Part shown: positions 46,301 through 55,639 of the stretch, in pieces
Position numbering within the stretch: position 1 is the first letter of the stretch
How the letters are laid out: every line of letters starts with the position of its first letter
DNA from: Blastocatellia bacterium
GTDB taxonomy: Bacteria > Acidobacteriota > Blastocatellia > RBC074
Length of the DNA stretch: 64,000 nt
NCBI GenBank assembly: GCA_035429885.1
Contig: DAOMFR010000005.1
Coordinates: 12,068-76,067, forward strand
Reading direction: 5' to 3'
Notes under the pieces: model-generated
Databases searched by the model: none
What the model was told of the DNA's origin: nothing
Seen by the model: the letters and a program-made list of their open reading frames with translations, nothing else
Made by a program: the position numbers and the translations under genes

Positions 46301-47590
46301 TCAAATTTGTGCCAGGGCATTTCTGGCCGCGGAAATTGTCTGGTCAAGAAGTTCATCGGTATGAGCAATGGAGACGAATCCGGCCTCAAACTGTGAGGGC
46401 GCAAGATAAACTCCCTGGCCAAGCATCGCATGAAAAAATCGTGAGAACGTTTCGCGATTGCTTCGGCTGGCTGTTGTCCAGTCAACAACAGGCTCTGAGG
46501 TGAAAAAGCAGGTAAACATCGAACCAACTTGGTTGCTGATTGTCGCTTGTCCGGCTTCTTTTACCGCTTCAGCCATTCCAGCAACCAATTTGGCGGTTGC
46601 GCGTTGAAGTTGGGGATATGGATTTAGCGACTTGAGTAGTCGAAGCGTTGTTAATCCCGCGGTCACTGCCAGAGGATTGCCGGACAACGTGCCCGCTTGA
46701 TAAACCGGACCGACCGGAGCCACCACATCCATGATTTCTCGCCGTCCTCCGAATGCTCCGACTGGCAAGCCGCCTCCAATGATTTTGCCCAGGCAGGTCA
46801 TATCTGGTTTGATGCCGTAAATCTGTTGTGCTCCGCCAAAACTGACACGGAAACCAGTCATCACTTCATCGAAGATCAAAACTGCTCCATGTTTTTGGGT
46901 GATACTGCGAACCGATTGCAGATAATTTTCTACAGGCGGCACGCAGCCCATGTTGCCGACGACCGGTTCGATGATGACGGCGGCAATTTGATCACCAATC
47001 TGTTCGAAGACTTGTTCCAAAGCCACTGCGTCATTGAAGGGAACTGTAATCGTGTTGTGGGCGACTTCTGCCAGCACTCCCGGCGAATCCGGAAGGCCGA
47101 GCGTCGCGACTCCGGAACCTGCGCGCACCAGCAAGCTGTCGCCGTGTCCGTGATAGCACCCTTCGAATTTGACGATCTTGGGGCGACCGGTGAATCCGCG
47201 AGCAACCCGAAGCGCCGACATTGTGGCTTCGGTCCCACTGGAAGTCAGCCGTAGCTTTTCAATCGAAGGGAAGGCTTCGATGACGGCTTCGGCCAACTCG
47301 ATCTCAAGTTCTGTTGGCGCGCCGTAACTGGTTCCACGGGTTGCGGCCTGTTGGATTGCCGCGATGACTTCATCGTGGGCGTGGCCCAAAATCATTGGCC
47401 CCCAGGAGCCGACGTAGTCAATGTAGCTTCGTCCGTCGGCGTCGGTGATCACTGCGCCTTTGGCGGATTTGATAAATAACGGAGTGCCGCCCACGCCGCG
47501 AAACGCGCGAACTGGACTGTTGACTCCGCCGGGAATGACTTGCTGAGCACGTTGGAACAGAGTTGTTGAATTTGGGTAGTTATTGTTCAT
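46301..47590 (-). CDS. hemL: Glutamate-1-semialdehyde 2,1-aminomutase
   Basis: 429 aa with full-length class-III aminotransferase features ([28 protein letters not shown]) and the PLP-lysine context. Confidence 0.95.
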   Translation of the reverse strand: MNNNYPNSTTLFQRAQQVIPGGVNSPVRAFRGVGGTPLFIKSAKGAVITDADGRSYIDYVGSWGPMILGHAHDEVIAAIQQAATRGTSYGAPTELEIELAEAVIEAFPSIEKLRLTSSGTEATMSALRVARGFTGRPKIVKFEGCYHGHGDSLLVRAGSGVATLGLPDSPGVLAEVAHNTITVPFNDAVALEQVFEQIGDQIAAVIIEPVVGNMGCVPPVENYLQSVRSITQKHGAVLIFDEVMTGFRVSFGGAQQIYGIKPDMTCLGKIIGGGLPVGAFGGRREIMDVVAPVGPVYQAGTLSGNPLAVTAGLTTLRLLKSLNPYPQLQRATAKLVAGMAEAVKEAGQATISNQVGSMFTCFFTSEPVVDWTTASRSNRETFSRFFHAMLGQGVYLAPSQFEAGFVSIAHTDELLDQTISAARNALAQI

Positions 47591-47696
47591 ATATTTCGTT
47601 ATGTTGCACCAAAGCGTGAGCTTATGGGATGATGCGCCCGCTTTTCATACCATTCATCACAAAATTTTTGCAAAGCGGTTTTTCAAGGAGGCCTAT

Positions 47697-48401
47697 TTGA
47701 ATCCGGAATTGAGTCAACTCATTTCGCTCCAGGATGTGGATGTCGAAATTAAACGTATAAAAGCTGAAACAGAAGCACTGCCCATCAGGCGAGAAGCTCT
47801 GGAGAGTCAATTTGCTGCTGAAAACAAGGAGTTTCTAGACCTCAAACAACAATTAGACACGGCGCTTTCGCAAAAACGCAGTCTGGAAGAAGAGCTTGAG
47901 GCCGAGCAGCAGAAACTGGAAAAATTCAAAAGCGATCAGATGAAAGCCACCAACGAACGCGAATATGCCACTTCTGTTCGCGAAATTGATTCAGCCAAAA
48001 AAATAATCAGCACATTGGAAACCGAATTATTGAAGCTGATGGAGCAGGTTGAAAAACTTGACGCCCAAGTCAAAGAACGGACTCCGGAAATCGAAGCAAA
48101 ACGAGCAGAGATGGAACGCCAGGTCGCCGAGTACGAGACTCTGGCCAAAGCCGACGCAGAGAAGCTCGGAAAACTTCTAGCCGAGCGTCAGCCGTTGATT
48201 GAAACGCTCAGTTCCGAAACTCGCTCGACTTATGAGCGCATGTCCAGGATCAAATCCGGGTTGGCTCTTTCCGAAGCTGTTGATTACAAATGTCTGGCTT
48301 GCCGAATGACCATTCGTCCGCAGGTTTACAACGACATCCGGCGCGGCGAAACCATTTTCACTTGTGAAAATTGCGGACGGATTTTGTTTTTCCGCGGTTG
48401 A
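47697..48401 (+). CDS. Coiled-coil protein with C-terminal C4 zinc ribbon (COG1579-like)
   Basis: A long coiled coil ends in CLACRMTIRPQVYNDIRRGETIFTCENCGRIL. Preferred start is TTG 47697, preceded by AAGGAGG plus a 5-nt spacer. The track ATG at 47583 would overlap the divergent hemL start. Confidence 0.7.
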   Translation: MNPELSQLISLQDVDVEIKRIKAETEALPIRREALESQFAAENKEFLDLKQQLDTALSQKRSLEEELEAEQQKLEKFKSDQMKATNEREYATSVREIDSAKKIISTLETELLKLMEQVEKLDAQVKERTPEIEAKRAEMERQVAEYETLAKADAEKLGKLLAERQPLIETLSSETRSTYERMSRIKSGLALSEAVDYKCLACRMTIRPQVYNDIRRGETIFTCENCGRILFFRG

Positions 48402-48404
48402 AGG

Positions 48405-49154
48405 CTAGGCCTTTCTTTGCCGCAAGATTTCAAACAGCACGATGCCGGTCGCTACGCTGACGTTCAACGAATTCAGTTGACCGTGCATAGGAATTGAAAC
48501 GATGGCGTCGCAATTTTCGCGTACCAATCGTCTGATGCCTTTGCCTTCGCTGCCCATGACCAAAGCCAGCGGAACATTGAAGTCGAAATCCGTGTAACTG
48601 GTCTCAGTTCCGCCTTCAACGCCGACTACCCATACATTGCGCTCCTTCAGGGCTTCGATCAATCGAACCAGGTTGGTGACGCGTGCGATTTGAACGTATT
48701 CAACCGCTCCCGCCGAAGTTTTGGCGACGGTTTCGGTCAGTCCTGCAGCGCGATGTTCCGGGAGAAAAACTCCGTCCACGCCTGCGCCTTCACAGGATCG
48801 CAAGATCGCTCCCAAATTGTGCGGGTCCTCAATTCCGTCCAACAATACCAGCAAGGGATGTTCGCCCAAGCCTTCCAGAATTTCATCGGCTTCGACGTAT
48901 CCGGCATTTCGTTTTTGTTTGTTATCGGGATTTGCGGCTAGAGCCACGACGCCCTGATGATTGGCGTTGCGAGTGAGTTCGTCCAATTCGCGCCGGTCGC
49001 GGGTTTCAATGCTGACACCTGCGCGTTTGGCGGCTTCAGTCAGTTCTTTTAGCCGTGACGGATTGGCGCCGCTGGCGATCAGGAGTTTTCGGATTGGCCG
49101 CCGCCGCGCTCGCAATGCTTCCAGCACGGGCGACAAACCGTAAATATGGTTCAT
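48405..49154 (-). CDS. rlmB: 23S rRNA (guanosine-2'-O)-methyltransferase, SpoU/TrmH family
   Basis: An N-terminal L30e-like domain (IYGLSPVLEAL) and SpoU motifs (LVLLDGIEDPHNLGAILRSCEGAGV, LVMGSEGKGIRRLV, SLNVSVATGIVLFE). The start is ATG 49154 or TTG 49178. A TATAAT on the minus strand lies at 49203-49208. Confidence 0.85.
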   Translation of the reverse strand: MNHIYGLSPVLEALRARRRPIRKLLIASGANPSRLKELTEAAKRAGVSIETRDRRELDELTRNANHQGVVALAANPDNKQKRNAGYVEADEILEGLGEHPLLVLLDGIEDPHNLGAILRSCEGAGVDGVFLPEHRAAGLTETVAKTSAGAVEYVQIARVTNLVRLIEALKERNVWVVGVEGGTETSYTDFDFNVPLALVMGSEGKGIRRLVRENCDAIVSIPMHGQLNSLNVSVATGIVLFEILRQRKA

Positions 49155-49241
49155 CGGTAAGTCATCTACCTCGATCAAAAGTTGGATTGAATTCGCGGCC
49201 GATTATAGCTCAGCAGGAAGGCAGATGGTTTTCGATGAAAC

Positions 49242-49281
49242 AAAAAAAGCGGCAATCTGAAGTTGTGGCTTCAGATTGCCG
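49242..49281 (-). terminator. Canonical intrinsic terminator of a short minus-strand transcript upstream of rlmB
   Basis: Perfect 13-bp stem cggcaatctgaag / cttcagattgccg with a 6-nt loop, followed on the minus strand by C-T7. Confidence 0.7.
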
Positions 49282-49328
49282 AAAGAGAGACTCAACGTTT
49301 CAGTGGGAAACTCGATCAAACTTGTTGG

Positions 49329-49376
49329 TTACTGCCGCAGCGCAGCCGCGGCAAAATTCATACTCTGCTTTTTCAT
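49329..49376 (-). CDS. Micro-ORF (15 codons, MKKQSMNFAAAALRQ) with strong SD; may extend in frame to ATG 49460 (44 codons)
   Basis: AAGGAG plus a 6-nt spacer plus ATG. The ORF lies between a sigma-54-like promoter and the terminator at 49242-49281. Coding status is uncertain and it may instead be part of an sRNA. Confidence 0.3.
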   Translation of the reverse strand: MKKQSMNFAAAALRQ

Positions 49377-49507
49377 GATTCGCTCCTTGTTTGAAGAGGT
49401 CGAAAGTGCAGCTTCGAATGCGAAACAAACTTGTATTTTGACGTTAACTCGCTTCTTCATCACCCTTCTACTATGCGATGATTTGTTTCATCGTCTTGAC
49501 GCCACAA

Positions 49508-49538
49508 GCTAAATCAACCTTTGTGCCAAGAGTTTTCG
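49508..49538 (-). promoter_or_regulatory. Sigma-54-like -24/-12 promoter (TGGCAC-N5-TTGAT) on the minus strand
   Basis: Reverse complement of 49523-49538 reads TGGCACaaaggTTGAT. The -24 hexamer and spacing are perfect. The -12 element is TTGA rather than the consensus TTGC. Confidence 0.4.
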
Positions 49539-49647
49539 CGTTGCTTGCAAAGGTTGCGCTTTTGGCTGAACTGATTGATTGGATTAGAGTTGGGCGTCTG
49601 GTTTGTTTCAATAGGCCGAAGTTGATGGGCTGCTGCCGGGAAAAATT

Positions 49648-49701
49648 CTATCTGAATGGATAGCTTGGCTCGATATGGCCTATCTGAGTAGATAGCTTAG
49701 G
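49648..49701 (+). promoter_or_regulatory. Two tandem palindromic sites (CTATCTGA-N-GATAGCTTrGG) in the promoter/5'UTR of the FHA-GAF sigma-54 activator gene
   Basis: Site 1 at 49648-49668 is ctatctgaatggatagcttgg. Site 2 at 49680-49701 is ctatctgagtagatagcttagg. Each contains CTATC-N6-GATAG and their starts are 32 bp apart. They lie 13-66 bp upstream of the activator ATG and about 110-180 bp upstream of the divergent sigma-54-like promoter. Confidence 0.55.
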
Positions 49702-49713
49702 AAGAGGATTGTT

Positions 49714-51642
49714 ATGTCAAACCCTAAATTGATTGTTGTTGCTGGGCCATTGAAGGGAAAAATCTTTAACTTGACTGATGAAGAGGTAATCTTTGGCCGC
49801 GAATCGTCCAGCCGTATTTCCTTGGCCGACCTTTCGACTTCGCGCCGGCATTGTCGAATTCATCGCGAAGCCGATAACTTTATTCTGACCGATCTGGAAA
49901 GTTTCAATGGAACTTTTGTCAATGGGCTTCCCGTCAAAGAGCGCAGATTAGAACACGGTGACCGCATTGCCGTTGGGAATTCGCACTTTCTGTTTTTGCT
50001 GCATGACAAAGAACCGGAAACGGATTCCGGCCAGGTAGAACTGGCCGACGGGAAAAACCTGTCGCAAGAGACGATTCGAATTCGTCAGGAAGATTTACTG
50101 TTGTTGCTGCCTGAAAAACAGTCCGGCATGAAGTCGAACACGAGATTGGTTGGACATTTAAATGCGTTGATCAAAATCAGCCAGACTATCAATTCGATTC
50201 GCAGCTTCGATGAATTGCAGCGGCAATTGCTGGAATTGATTTTCGAGGTTGTGCCCGCGCAACGCGGGGCGATTTTGTTGACCGATGGCAAATCGAATCC
50301 AAATGATTTCGCTTCGACCTTCGGCTGGGATCGCCAAGCGGGATCGCAAACCACTGTGCGGATCAGTCGCGCCATCATCAGCCAGGTGTTGACCGCAGGC
50401 GAAGCCATTTTGAGTAACAACATTCTGGAAAGCGAAGTGTTCGGCGAAAACGAGAGCCTGATGATTTCGCAAACTCGAGCGCTGCTGGCTGTGCCAATGC
50501 TGATGATGGATCGTAAACTCGGAGTGATATATCTGAGCACTAGCGACTGCGCGTCGAAGTTCGATGAAGATCATCTGCAACTGGTTTCAGCCATTGCCGG
50601 GATTGCCGCCGTCTCGCTGGAAAATGTCCGGCAATTGGAATGGTTGGAAAATGAAAACCAGCGACTGACCGAAGTCATCAACATCGAACGGAGTATGGTT
50701 GGCGAAGGCAAACGCATGCGCGACGTGTATCAGTTTATTGCCAAAGTCGCTCCGACCGATTCAACCGTGTTGATTCGCGGCGAAAGCGGGACTGGCAAAG
50801 AGCTTGCCGCCAGCGCCATTCACCAAAATAGTTCGCGGTTGCGCAAACCGTTTGTGGCGATCAATTGTGCGGCATTGACCGAAACTCTGCTGGAAAGCGA
50901 ATTATTCGGTCACGAAAAAGGGGCGTTCACCGGAGCCATTGCCCAGAAAAAAGGGAAGTTTGAAATTGCGGACGGCGGCACGATTTTTCTGGATGAGCTC
51001 GGCGAGATGTCTCCGCTATTGCAAGCCAAATTGCTGCGCGTATTGCAGGAGCAAGAATTCGAGCGAGTTGGCGGAACGCGTCCGATCAAAGTGGATGTCC
51101 GGTTGATTGCCGCCACCAACCGCGATTTGGAATCGGCAATTAAAGACGGTGGCTTTCGACAAGATTTGTATTACCGGCTGAATGTTGTTTCGCTGAAGTT
51201 GCCGCCGCTGCGCGAACGGCGCGAAGATATTCCCTTGCTGGCCAGCTACTTCGCCACAAAGTACGCCAACAAATGCAAACGTCAGGTGCGCGGCATTGCG
51301 CCCGAAGCGCGCGCGTTGCTGACGGCGTACGATTGGCCGGGCAATGTCCGCGAATTGGAAAACGCCATCGAACGCGCCGTCGTGCTTGGTTCGACGGATT
51401 TGATTCGCCCCGAAGATTTGCCCGAAGCCATTCTGGAAACCGAGCCCGACGCGACTTCGGCGAATGTTTCCATGGCCAATTACCACGAAGCGATTAAAGA
51501 AACGAAAAAGCAGTTGATCTTAAAAGCGATGGCTCAAGCCGACGGGAATGTTACCGAAGCGGCGCGGCTGCTTGGCGTTCAGGCAAATTACCTGCATCGG
51601 TTAATGAGCAATCTGAATCTGAGGCCGATGCTGAAGAAATGA
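49714..51642 (+). CDS. Sigma-54-dependent transcriptional activator with N-terminal FHA and GAF domains
   Basis: An FHA domain ([24 protein letters not shown]...NGTFVNG), a GAF region, the sigma-54 AAA+ domain ([40 protein letters not shown]) and a C-terminal Fis-type HTH ([19 protein letters not shown]). Confidence 0.9.
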   Translation: MSNPKLIVVAGPLKGKIFNLTDEEVIFGRESSSRISLADLSTSRRHCRIHREADNFILTDLESFNGTFVNGLPVKERRLEHGDRIAVGNSHFLFLLHDKEPETDSGQVELADGKNLSQETIRIRQEDLLLLLPEKQSGMKSNTRLVGHLNALIKISQTINSIRSFDELQRQLLELIFEVVPAQRGAILLTDGKSNPNDFASTFGWDRQAGSQTTVRISRAIISQVLTAGEAILSNNILESEVFGENESLMISQTRALLAVPMLMMDRKLGVIYLSTSDCASKFDEDHLQLVSAIAGIAAVSLENVRQLEWLENENQRLTEVINIERSMVGEGKRMRDVYQFIAKVAPTDSTVLIRGESGTGKELAASAIHQNSSRLRKPFVAINCAALTETLLESELFGHEKGAFTGAIAQKKGKFEIADGGTIFLDELGEMSPLLQAKLLRVLQEQEFERVGGTRPIKVDVRLIAATNRDLESAIKDGGFRQDLYYRLNVVSLKLPPLRERREDIPLLASYFATKYANKCKRQVRGIAPEARALLTAYDWPGNVRELENAIERAVVLGSTDLIRPEDLPEAILETEPDATSANVSMANYHEAIKETKKQLILKAMAQADGNVTEAARLLGVQANYLHRLMSNLNLRPMLKK

Positions 51643-51651
51643 GAGGCAGGT

Positions 51652-51783
51652 GGGGGAGTTGGGAGATAGGAGATAGGAGATGGGGGGTAGGAGTTGGTAA
51701 GCAGAATGACCGTGGACAGACTATTCCTAACTCCCAACTCCATCCCCTATCTCCCAACTCCCATCTCCCAACTCCTATCTCGT
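51652..51783. repeat. Array of short inverted repeats (gggagttgggagatagg units) forming a long hairpin; right arm encodes the C-terminus of the WD40 protein
   Basis: The 17-mer gggagttgggagatagg at 51655-51671 has its exact reverse complement at 51747-51763, with further taggagttgg / gagatagga copies in both orientations. It lies between the convergent activator gene (stop 51642) and the WD40 gene (stop 51747). Confidence 0.55.
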
Positions 51784-53111
51784 TTTCCAGTTTGCGGATC
51801 GTAAAAGTCCATTGAACCGTCGTATCGTCCCACCAGCAGGCGTTTGCCGTCAGGGCTGAACGAAAGCGAAAAAATCCAGTCCGGTTGTCGTTCCAACGTC
51901 TGAATCTCTTCGAGCTTGTCGGCGTCCCACAGTTTCAGCAATTTGTCCGCGCCAGTCGAAACCAGCGTTTTACCGTCGGGTGAAAACGCCAGAGCGTTGA
52001 TGGCGTCTTCGTGCGCAATCAACGATTTCACTTGTCGGCCTTCGGTCATGCCGATTTCCCAGATGCGAATGATGCGGTCGGCTCCTGCGCCCGCCAGTAA
52101 CTTGCCGGAAGGGTGGAAGGCGATTGCGTTTACTGCGTCCAGCGCATCGCCGAGCGTGTACAGCCGCGCGCCGGTTGCCACATCCCAAATCTTTACCGTG
52201 CGATCCGCTGACGCCGATGCCAACAACTTACCGTCCGGGCTGAACGTCACGGCGAAGACTGCATCCGTGTGATCTTTCAGATTTTTGACTTCGGTGCCGG
52301 TGGCGACGTCCCACAGTTTGATCATCCTGTCGTAGCTGCATGTGGCCAGCAATGTTCCGTTTAGGCTGAACGCCACGGAAAAGATGTTGTCGCGGTGGCC
52401 GCGAATCGTGCGAAGTTCTTTTTTCGTAGCGATGTCCCAGAGTTTGACTTCACCAAATTGCGAAGGATTGCCTCCCGCCGCTGCCAATAGTTGATGATTG
52501 GGGCTAAACACCACGGAGCGAACTTGACTGGCGTGGCCCGTCAGCCTGGCGACCGGTTTGCCGTCGCGTGCGCTGAGCAATTCGACTTCCTGATATCGTC
52601 CCAGGGCGATTAGCGAATTGTCCGAACTGAACGCGAGCGCGCTTACCGCAGCTTTGGCGGGAACTGTTGGTTTGATGTCTGGCAGAGTGCGAGTCGGAAT
52701 CGTTGGCTCAACGGGGCCCGCTGCCGCGTTTGTTCCCGAAGCTCCGGCATCAATCCAGGCTTTGATCAATTTGATTTCGGCTGCGCTGAGTTCATCGCCG
52801 AGCGGCATGCGTGGTTTGACCGAACCTTCGATCATTTTGACCAGCAAACTGTCGCCGCTTTTGCCGGGAAGCACCGCTGCTCCGCGTTTGCCGCCCGCCA
52901 TCAACGATTCATAAGTTTCCAGATTCAACTCGCCCTTGCGTGTGGTGTGATTGTGGCAGGCAACACACTTTTCCTGAAAGATAGCTTCGACGGATTTGAA
53001 TCCCGATTGAGTGTTTGGGCTAAACGCGGAAACGCCTGCTGAAGCTACCAGCGTCAACAGGAAGAACAAAATGAAAACCCGAACGCAGTTGTGTTGTTTA
53101 GGGATGAGCAT
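51747..53111 (-). CDS. Secreted cytochrome-c-domain (CxxCH) WD40-repeat protein
   Basis: A signal peptide then CVACHNH (haem-c binding, PSCyt-like). At least 7 WD40 repeats follow (KLWD, KIWD, RIWE, KLWD contexts). Confidence 0.85.
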   Translation of the reverse strand: MLIPKQHNCVRVFILFFLLTLVASAGVSAFSPNTQSGFKSVEAIFQEKCVACHNHTTRKGELNLETYESLMAGGKRGAAVLPGKSGDSLLVKMIEGSVKPRMPLGDELSAAEIKLIKAWIDAGASGTNAAAGPVEPTIPTRTLPDIKPTVPAKAAVSALAFSSDNSLIALGRYQEVELLSARDGKPVARLTGHASQVRSVVFSPNHQLLAAAGGNPSQFGEVKLWDIATKKELRTIRGHRDNIFSVAFSLNGTLLATCSYDRMIKLWDVATGTEVKNLKDHTDAVFAVTFSPDGKLLASASADRTVKIWDVATGARLYTLGDALDAVNAIAFHPSGKLLAGAGADRIIRIWEIGMTEGRQVKSLIAHEDAINALAFSPDGKTLVSTGADKLLKLWDADKLEEIQTLERQPDWIFSLSFSPDGKRLLVGRYDGSMDFYDPQTGKRDRSWEMGVGR

Positions 53112-53135
53112 GATTTTGGGGTCGAATGAAGATTG

Positions 53136-54734
53136 TTACCGGAGCTTGGCTTCCGCCTCCGCCAAACCGGATTGCGCTCGTTTGGAATTCGGGCGCAGTT
53201 TTAACGCTTCGGAATAATCCCGTTTGGCGGCCGCGTAATCCTGTTTGCTTAATTCCAGATCGGCCACCGTCAGCAGTCCCTGAAGCTTTTTCAGGTCTGC
53301 CAGACGAGCGGAAATTTGTGCTGCGTCCGCTGCCTGACCATTGGCTTGCAAATATTCGCTGTACACTCTGATAGCGTCGGCGTATCGCTCCTGCTGTTCC
53401 AGATCGCGCATTTGTTTCAGGCGTTCGTCTTCTTGCGGAGCGGCAGGCGTCGAGATTGTTGTGGGTGGCGCCGAAGTCGTGGACGGTTCAACCACAGCCG
53501 AGTTCCGCGACCAGAAAAAGTAACCACCTCCAGCAAGCAGGCAAAGCAGCACAACGCCAACAGCAATCACGCCGGAAGAACCAGAACGTTGTGGTTTCGG
53601 CGGCATTTGCTTTGGAGTGATGTTGGTTTGAAGCTGATCGAATTCCACAGGCCGTGCTGGCGCGGGCCGGGCAGGTTGTCGTTTGGCGTTGGGATGAGTT
53701 GATCCAGCCGGGAGCACTTCCGTCGTCAGCGGCGCAGGTTGCGTTGGAGATTCCAGCACCTCCGTCATCGAATGCGTGAGTTGATTGGCCGGCGCCGCGA
53801 CACTGGATTGGTTGCTGGATGCGTTCGGGCGTTCGTATTCCAGCAAGGCATCCAGGAACTCTGCCGCTGAGGCAAACCGGTTGTTGGGATCTTTCGCCAA
53901 CGACCGCATGACGACATCCGCCAGCGCCGCCGGAACATGCGGAGCCAACAGCGACAACGGTGGCGGCGACAGTTCCGTGTGGCCTTTCATCACTTCGTAT
54001 TCCGATCCGCTTTCCGAATAGGGAAACGGCAAACGTCCGGACAGGGCTTCATAAAACGACACGCCCAGGCTGTACAAATCTGATCGCGCATCCACTTCCT
54101 GGCCGCGAATCTGTTCCGGCGACATGTACTCAATCGTGCCGGGGTTGAACCCTGTGCGCGTCATGCTGCGTTCGCCCGCCAGTTTGACGATGCCAAAATC
54201 CGTAATCTTCAGACGCCCCAAACCATCCAGCAATAAGTTCGCTGGTTTGATGTCGCGGTGAATGATGCCTTTGAGCGGACGGCCCGCTTCGTCTACGTAA
54301 CTAAAATTGTGCGCGTAATCGAGCGCCGATAACGCCTGTTTGAACAATGCCACGGCCTGGTTGGGGGCAAGCGCGCCCTGGCGATGGACCAGATCACGCA
54401 AGCTCATCCCGTTCACAAATTCCATCACCAGATAATAATTTTCCGGAGCCGTGAAAAATTCATACACGCGCACGATGTTTGGATGATCGAGTTGCGATTG
54501 CACATACGCTTCGCGCACGAATCGGGCTTTGAGCTGTTCCTGCGCTTGCGGTGGGAAAGAAGAAAGCAGAATGGATTTGACGACGACTTCGCGCGGCAAT
54601 GCCTGGTGGCGGCCTCGATAAACTGCGCCCATTCCACCTTGCGCCAATTCGCCAGTGATCAGGTAATTGCCGACGGTTGTTCCGACCATAGAATTTGCCG
54701 GGGCTTTTCGCCCCAGAGTTAGATCGGATTTCAT
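53136..54734 (-). CDS. Ser/Thr protein kinase with TM segment and C-terminal TPR-like extracytoplasmic domain
   Basis: Hanks motifs (GGMGAVYRG, HRDIKPANLL, DFG, SPEQ), a TM helix (VIAVGVVLLCLLAGGGYFFW) and a C-terminal helical repeat region. The start is ATG 54734 or 54689. Confidence 0.85.
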   Translation of the reverse strand: MKSDLTLGRKAPANSMVGTTVGNYLITGELAQGGMGAVYRGRHQALPREVVVKSILLSSFPPQAQEQLKARFVREAYVQSQLDHPNIVRVYEFFTAPENYYLVMEFVNGMSLRDLVHRQGALAPNQAVALFKQALSALDYAHNFSYVDEAGRPLKGIIHRDIKPANLLLDGLGRLKITDFGIVKLAGERSMTRTGFNPGTIEYMSPEQIRGQEVDARSDLYSLGVSFYEALSGRLPFPYSESGSEYEVMKGHTELSPPPLSLLAPHVPAALADVVMRSLAKDPNNRFASAAEFLDALLEYERPNASSNQSSVAAPANQLTHSMTEVLESPTQPAPLTTEVLPAGSTHPNAKRQPARPAPARPVEFDQLQTNITPKQMPPKPQRSGSSGVIAVGVVLLCLLAGGGYFFWSRNSAVVEPSTTSAPPTTISTPAAPQEDERLKQMRDLEQQERYADAIRVYSEYLQANGQAADAAQISARLADLKKLQGLLTVADLELSKQDYAAAKRDYSEALKLRPNSKRAQSGLAEAEAKLR

Positions 54735-54869
54735 TTGCCTGTAGGGAAATCTTCAACCACGAAGAGCACAGGGCACACGGGAAAGACAACGCCTTTTCCC
54801 AATTCTTTCCCCTGTGATTCCCAAGGTTTATTTCCGTATATGCATCTGCAAACCGATCTGAGTCCGAAA

Positions 54870-55631
54870 TTAAGAGACGATGTTAGAAGATTTGATCGCG
54901 TTGATGACGGTTTCAGTCGCTCCCAACGAGCGAAGCTGACTGAGCGCCGATTCGCGCGGTTTAAATTTGATGCCGTACTTTTGCAACGCCGCGACAATGC
55001 GATCTTCGGGCGCGTAATTCTGCACCAGCGACACCACTTCCAGGAAACTAACGCCGCGTTTCGGCCCGGAAGTTTTGCGCGGTGCAGGGCGCGGAGCCGC
55101 GGGTTTCGATTCCGGCTTTGCGTTGGGAACCGGTTCGGTTTTGCCGGAAACTCCCTGGACAAACTCGCCTGCGAACAATTCGTCCGCCAAACGACCGGCA
55201 ACTTCGATCAAGCGATCTTCGCCAACGCGTTCGGCCTGCACTCCCCAATCGCCGGGGGAAGAGCGTTCCACGCTGGTGGCGATGACATCGTTGCCCGCCA
55301 GCAACCGCAATGAAGCCGACGCTTCGGCGTTGGCGCCGCCTTCGCGTTTCACGTCGTCGGTCACAGGCGTCAGGCGCGAACTGATGGTGCCTTCGATCAC
55401 CAGCACCGCTTCGCTCTTTTTGGTCGTCACTCGAAATCCTGCCGCGGCCAACTTCTCAGACAGCGTGTTGGTCGCGACAGAGGATGGTTTGTCCAGATTA
55501 GTTTCGCGCACGTCCAGGAAGATGCGAACCGTGCGGCGTTGCGTTTGAGCGTTCGCCACAACCGCCAGCAGGCAAATAACCGCCAGCGAAAACAACAAAC
55601 GTGGTTGGTAACGTAACTTGGTTTGACTCAT
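54870..55631 (-). CDS. Hypothetical secreted protein (third gene of operon)
   Basis: A signal peptide (LLFSLAVICLLAVVANAQ), a mixed alpha/beta N-domain, a Pro/Lys-rich linker and a small C-terminal helical domain. The start at ATG 55631 is 8 nt after the upstream gene's stop. Confidence 0.55.
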   Translation of the reverse strand: MSQTKLRYQPRLLFSLAVICLLAVVANAQTQRRTVRIFLDVRETNLDKPSSVATNTLSEKLAAAGFRVTTKKSEAVLVIEGTISSRLTPVTDDVKREGGANAEASASLRLLAGNDVIATSVERSSPGDWGVQAERVGEDRLIEVAGRLADELFAGEFVQGVSGKTEPVPNAKPESKPAAPRPAPRKTSGPKRGVSFLEVVSLVQNYAPEDRIVAALQKYGIKFKPRESALSQLRSLGATETVINAIKSSNIVS

Positions 55632-55639
55632 TGCAACTC

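Noticed and set aside
47583-47696. Upstream ATG start of the COG1579-like gene
   Set aside because: It would overlap the divergent hemL start codon. The TTG at 47697 with AAGGAGG is preferred.
45201-49296. Shared 14-mer gagactcaacgttt at about 45201 and about 49283
   Set aside because: An exact match of this length is expected by chance many times in a 64-kb, two-strand comparison. The flanks do not extend the similarity.
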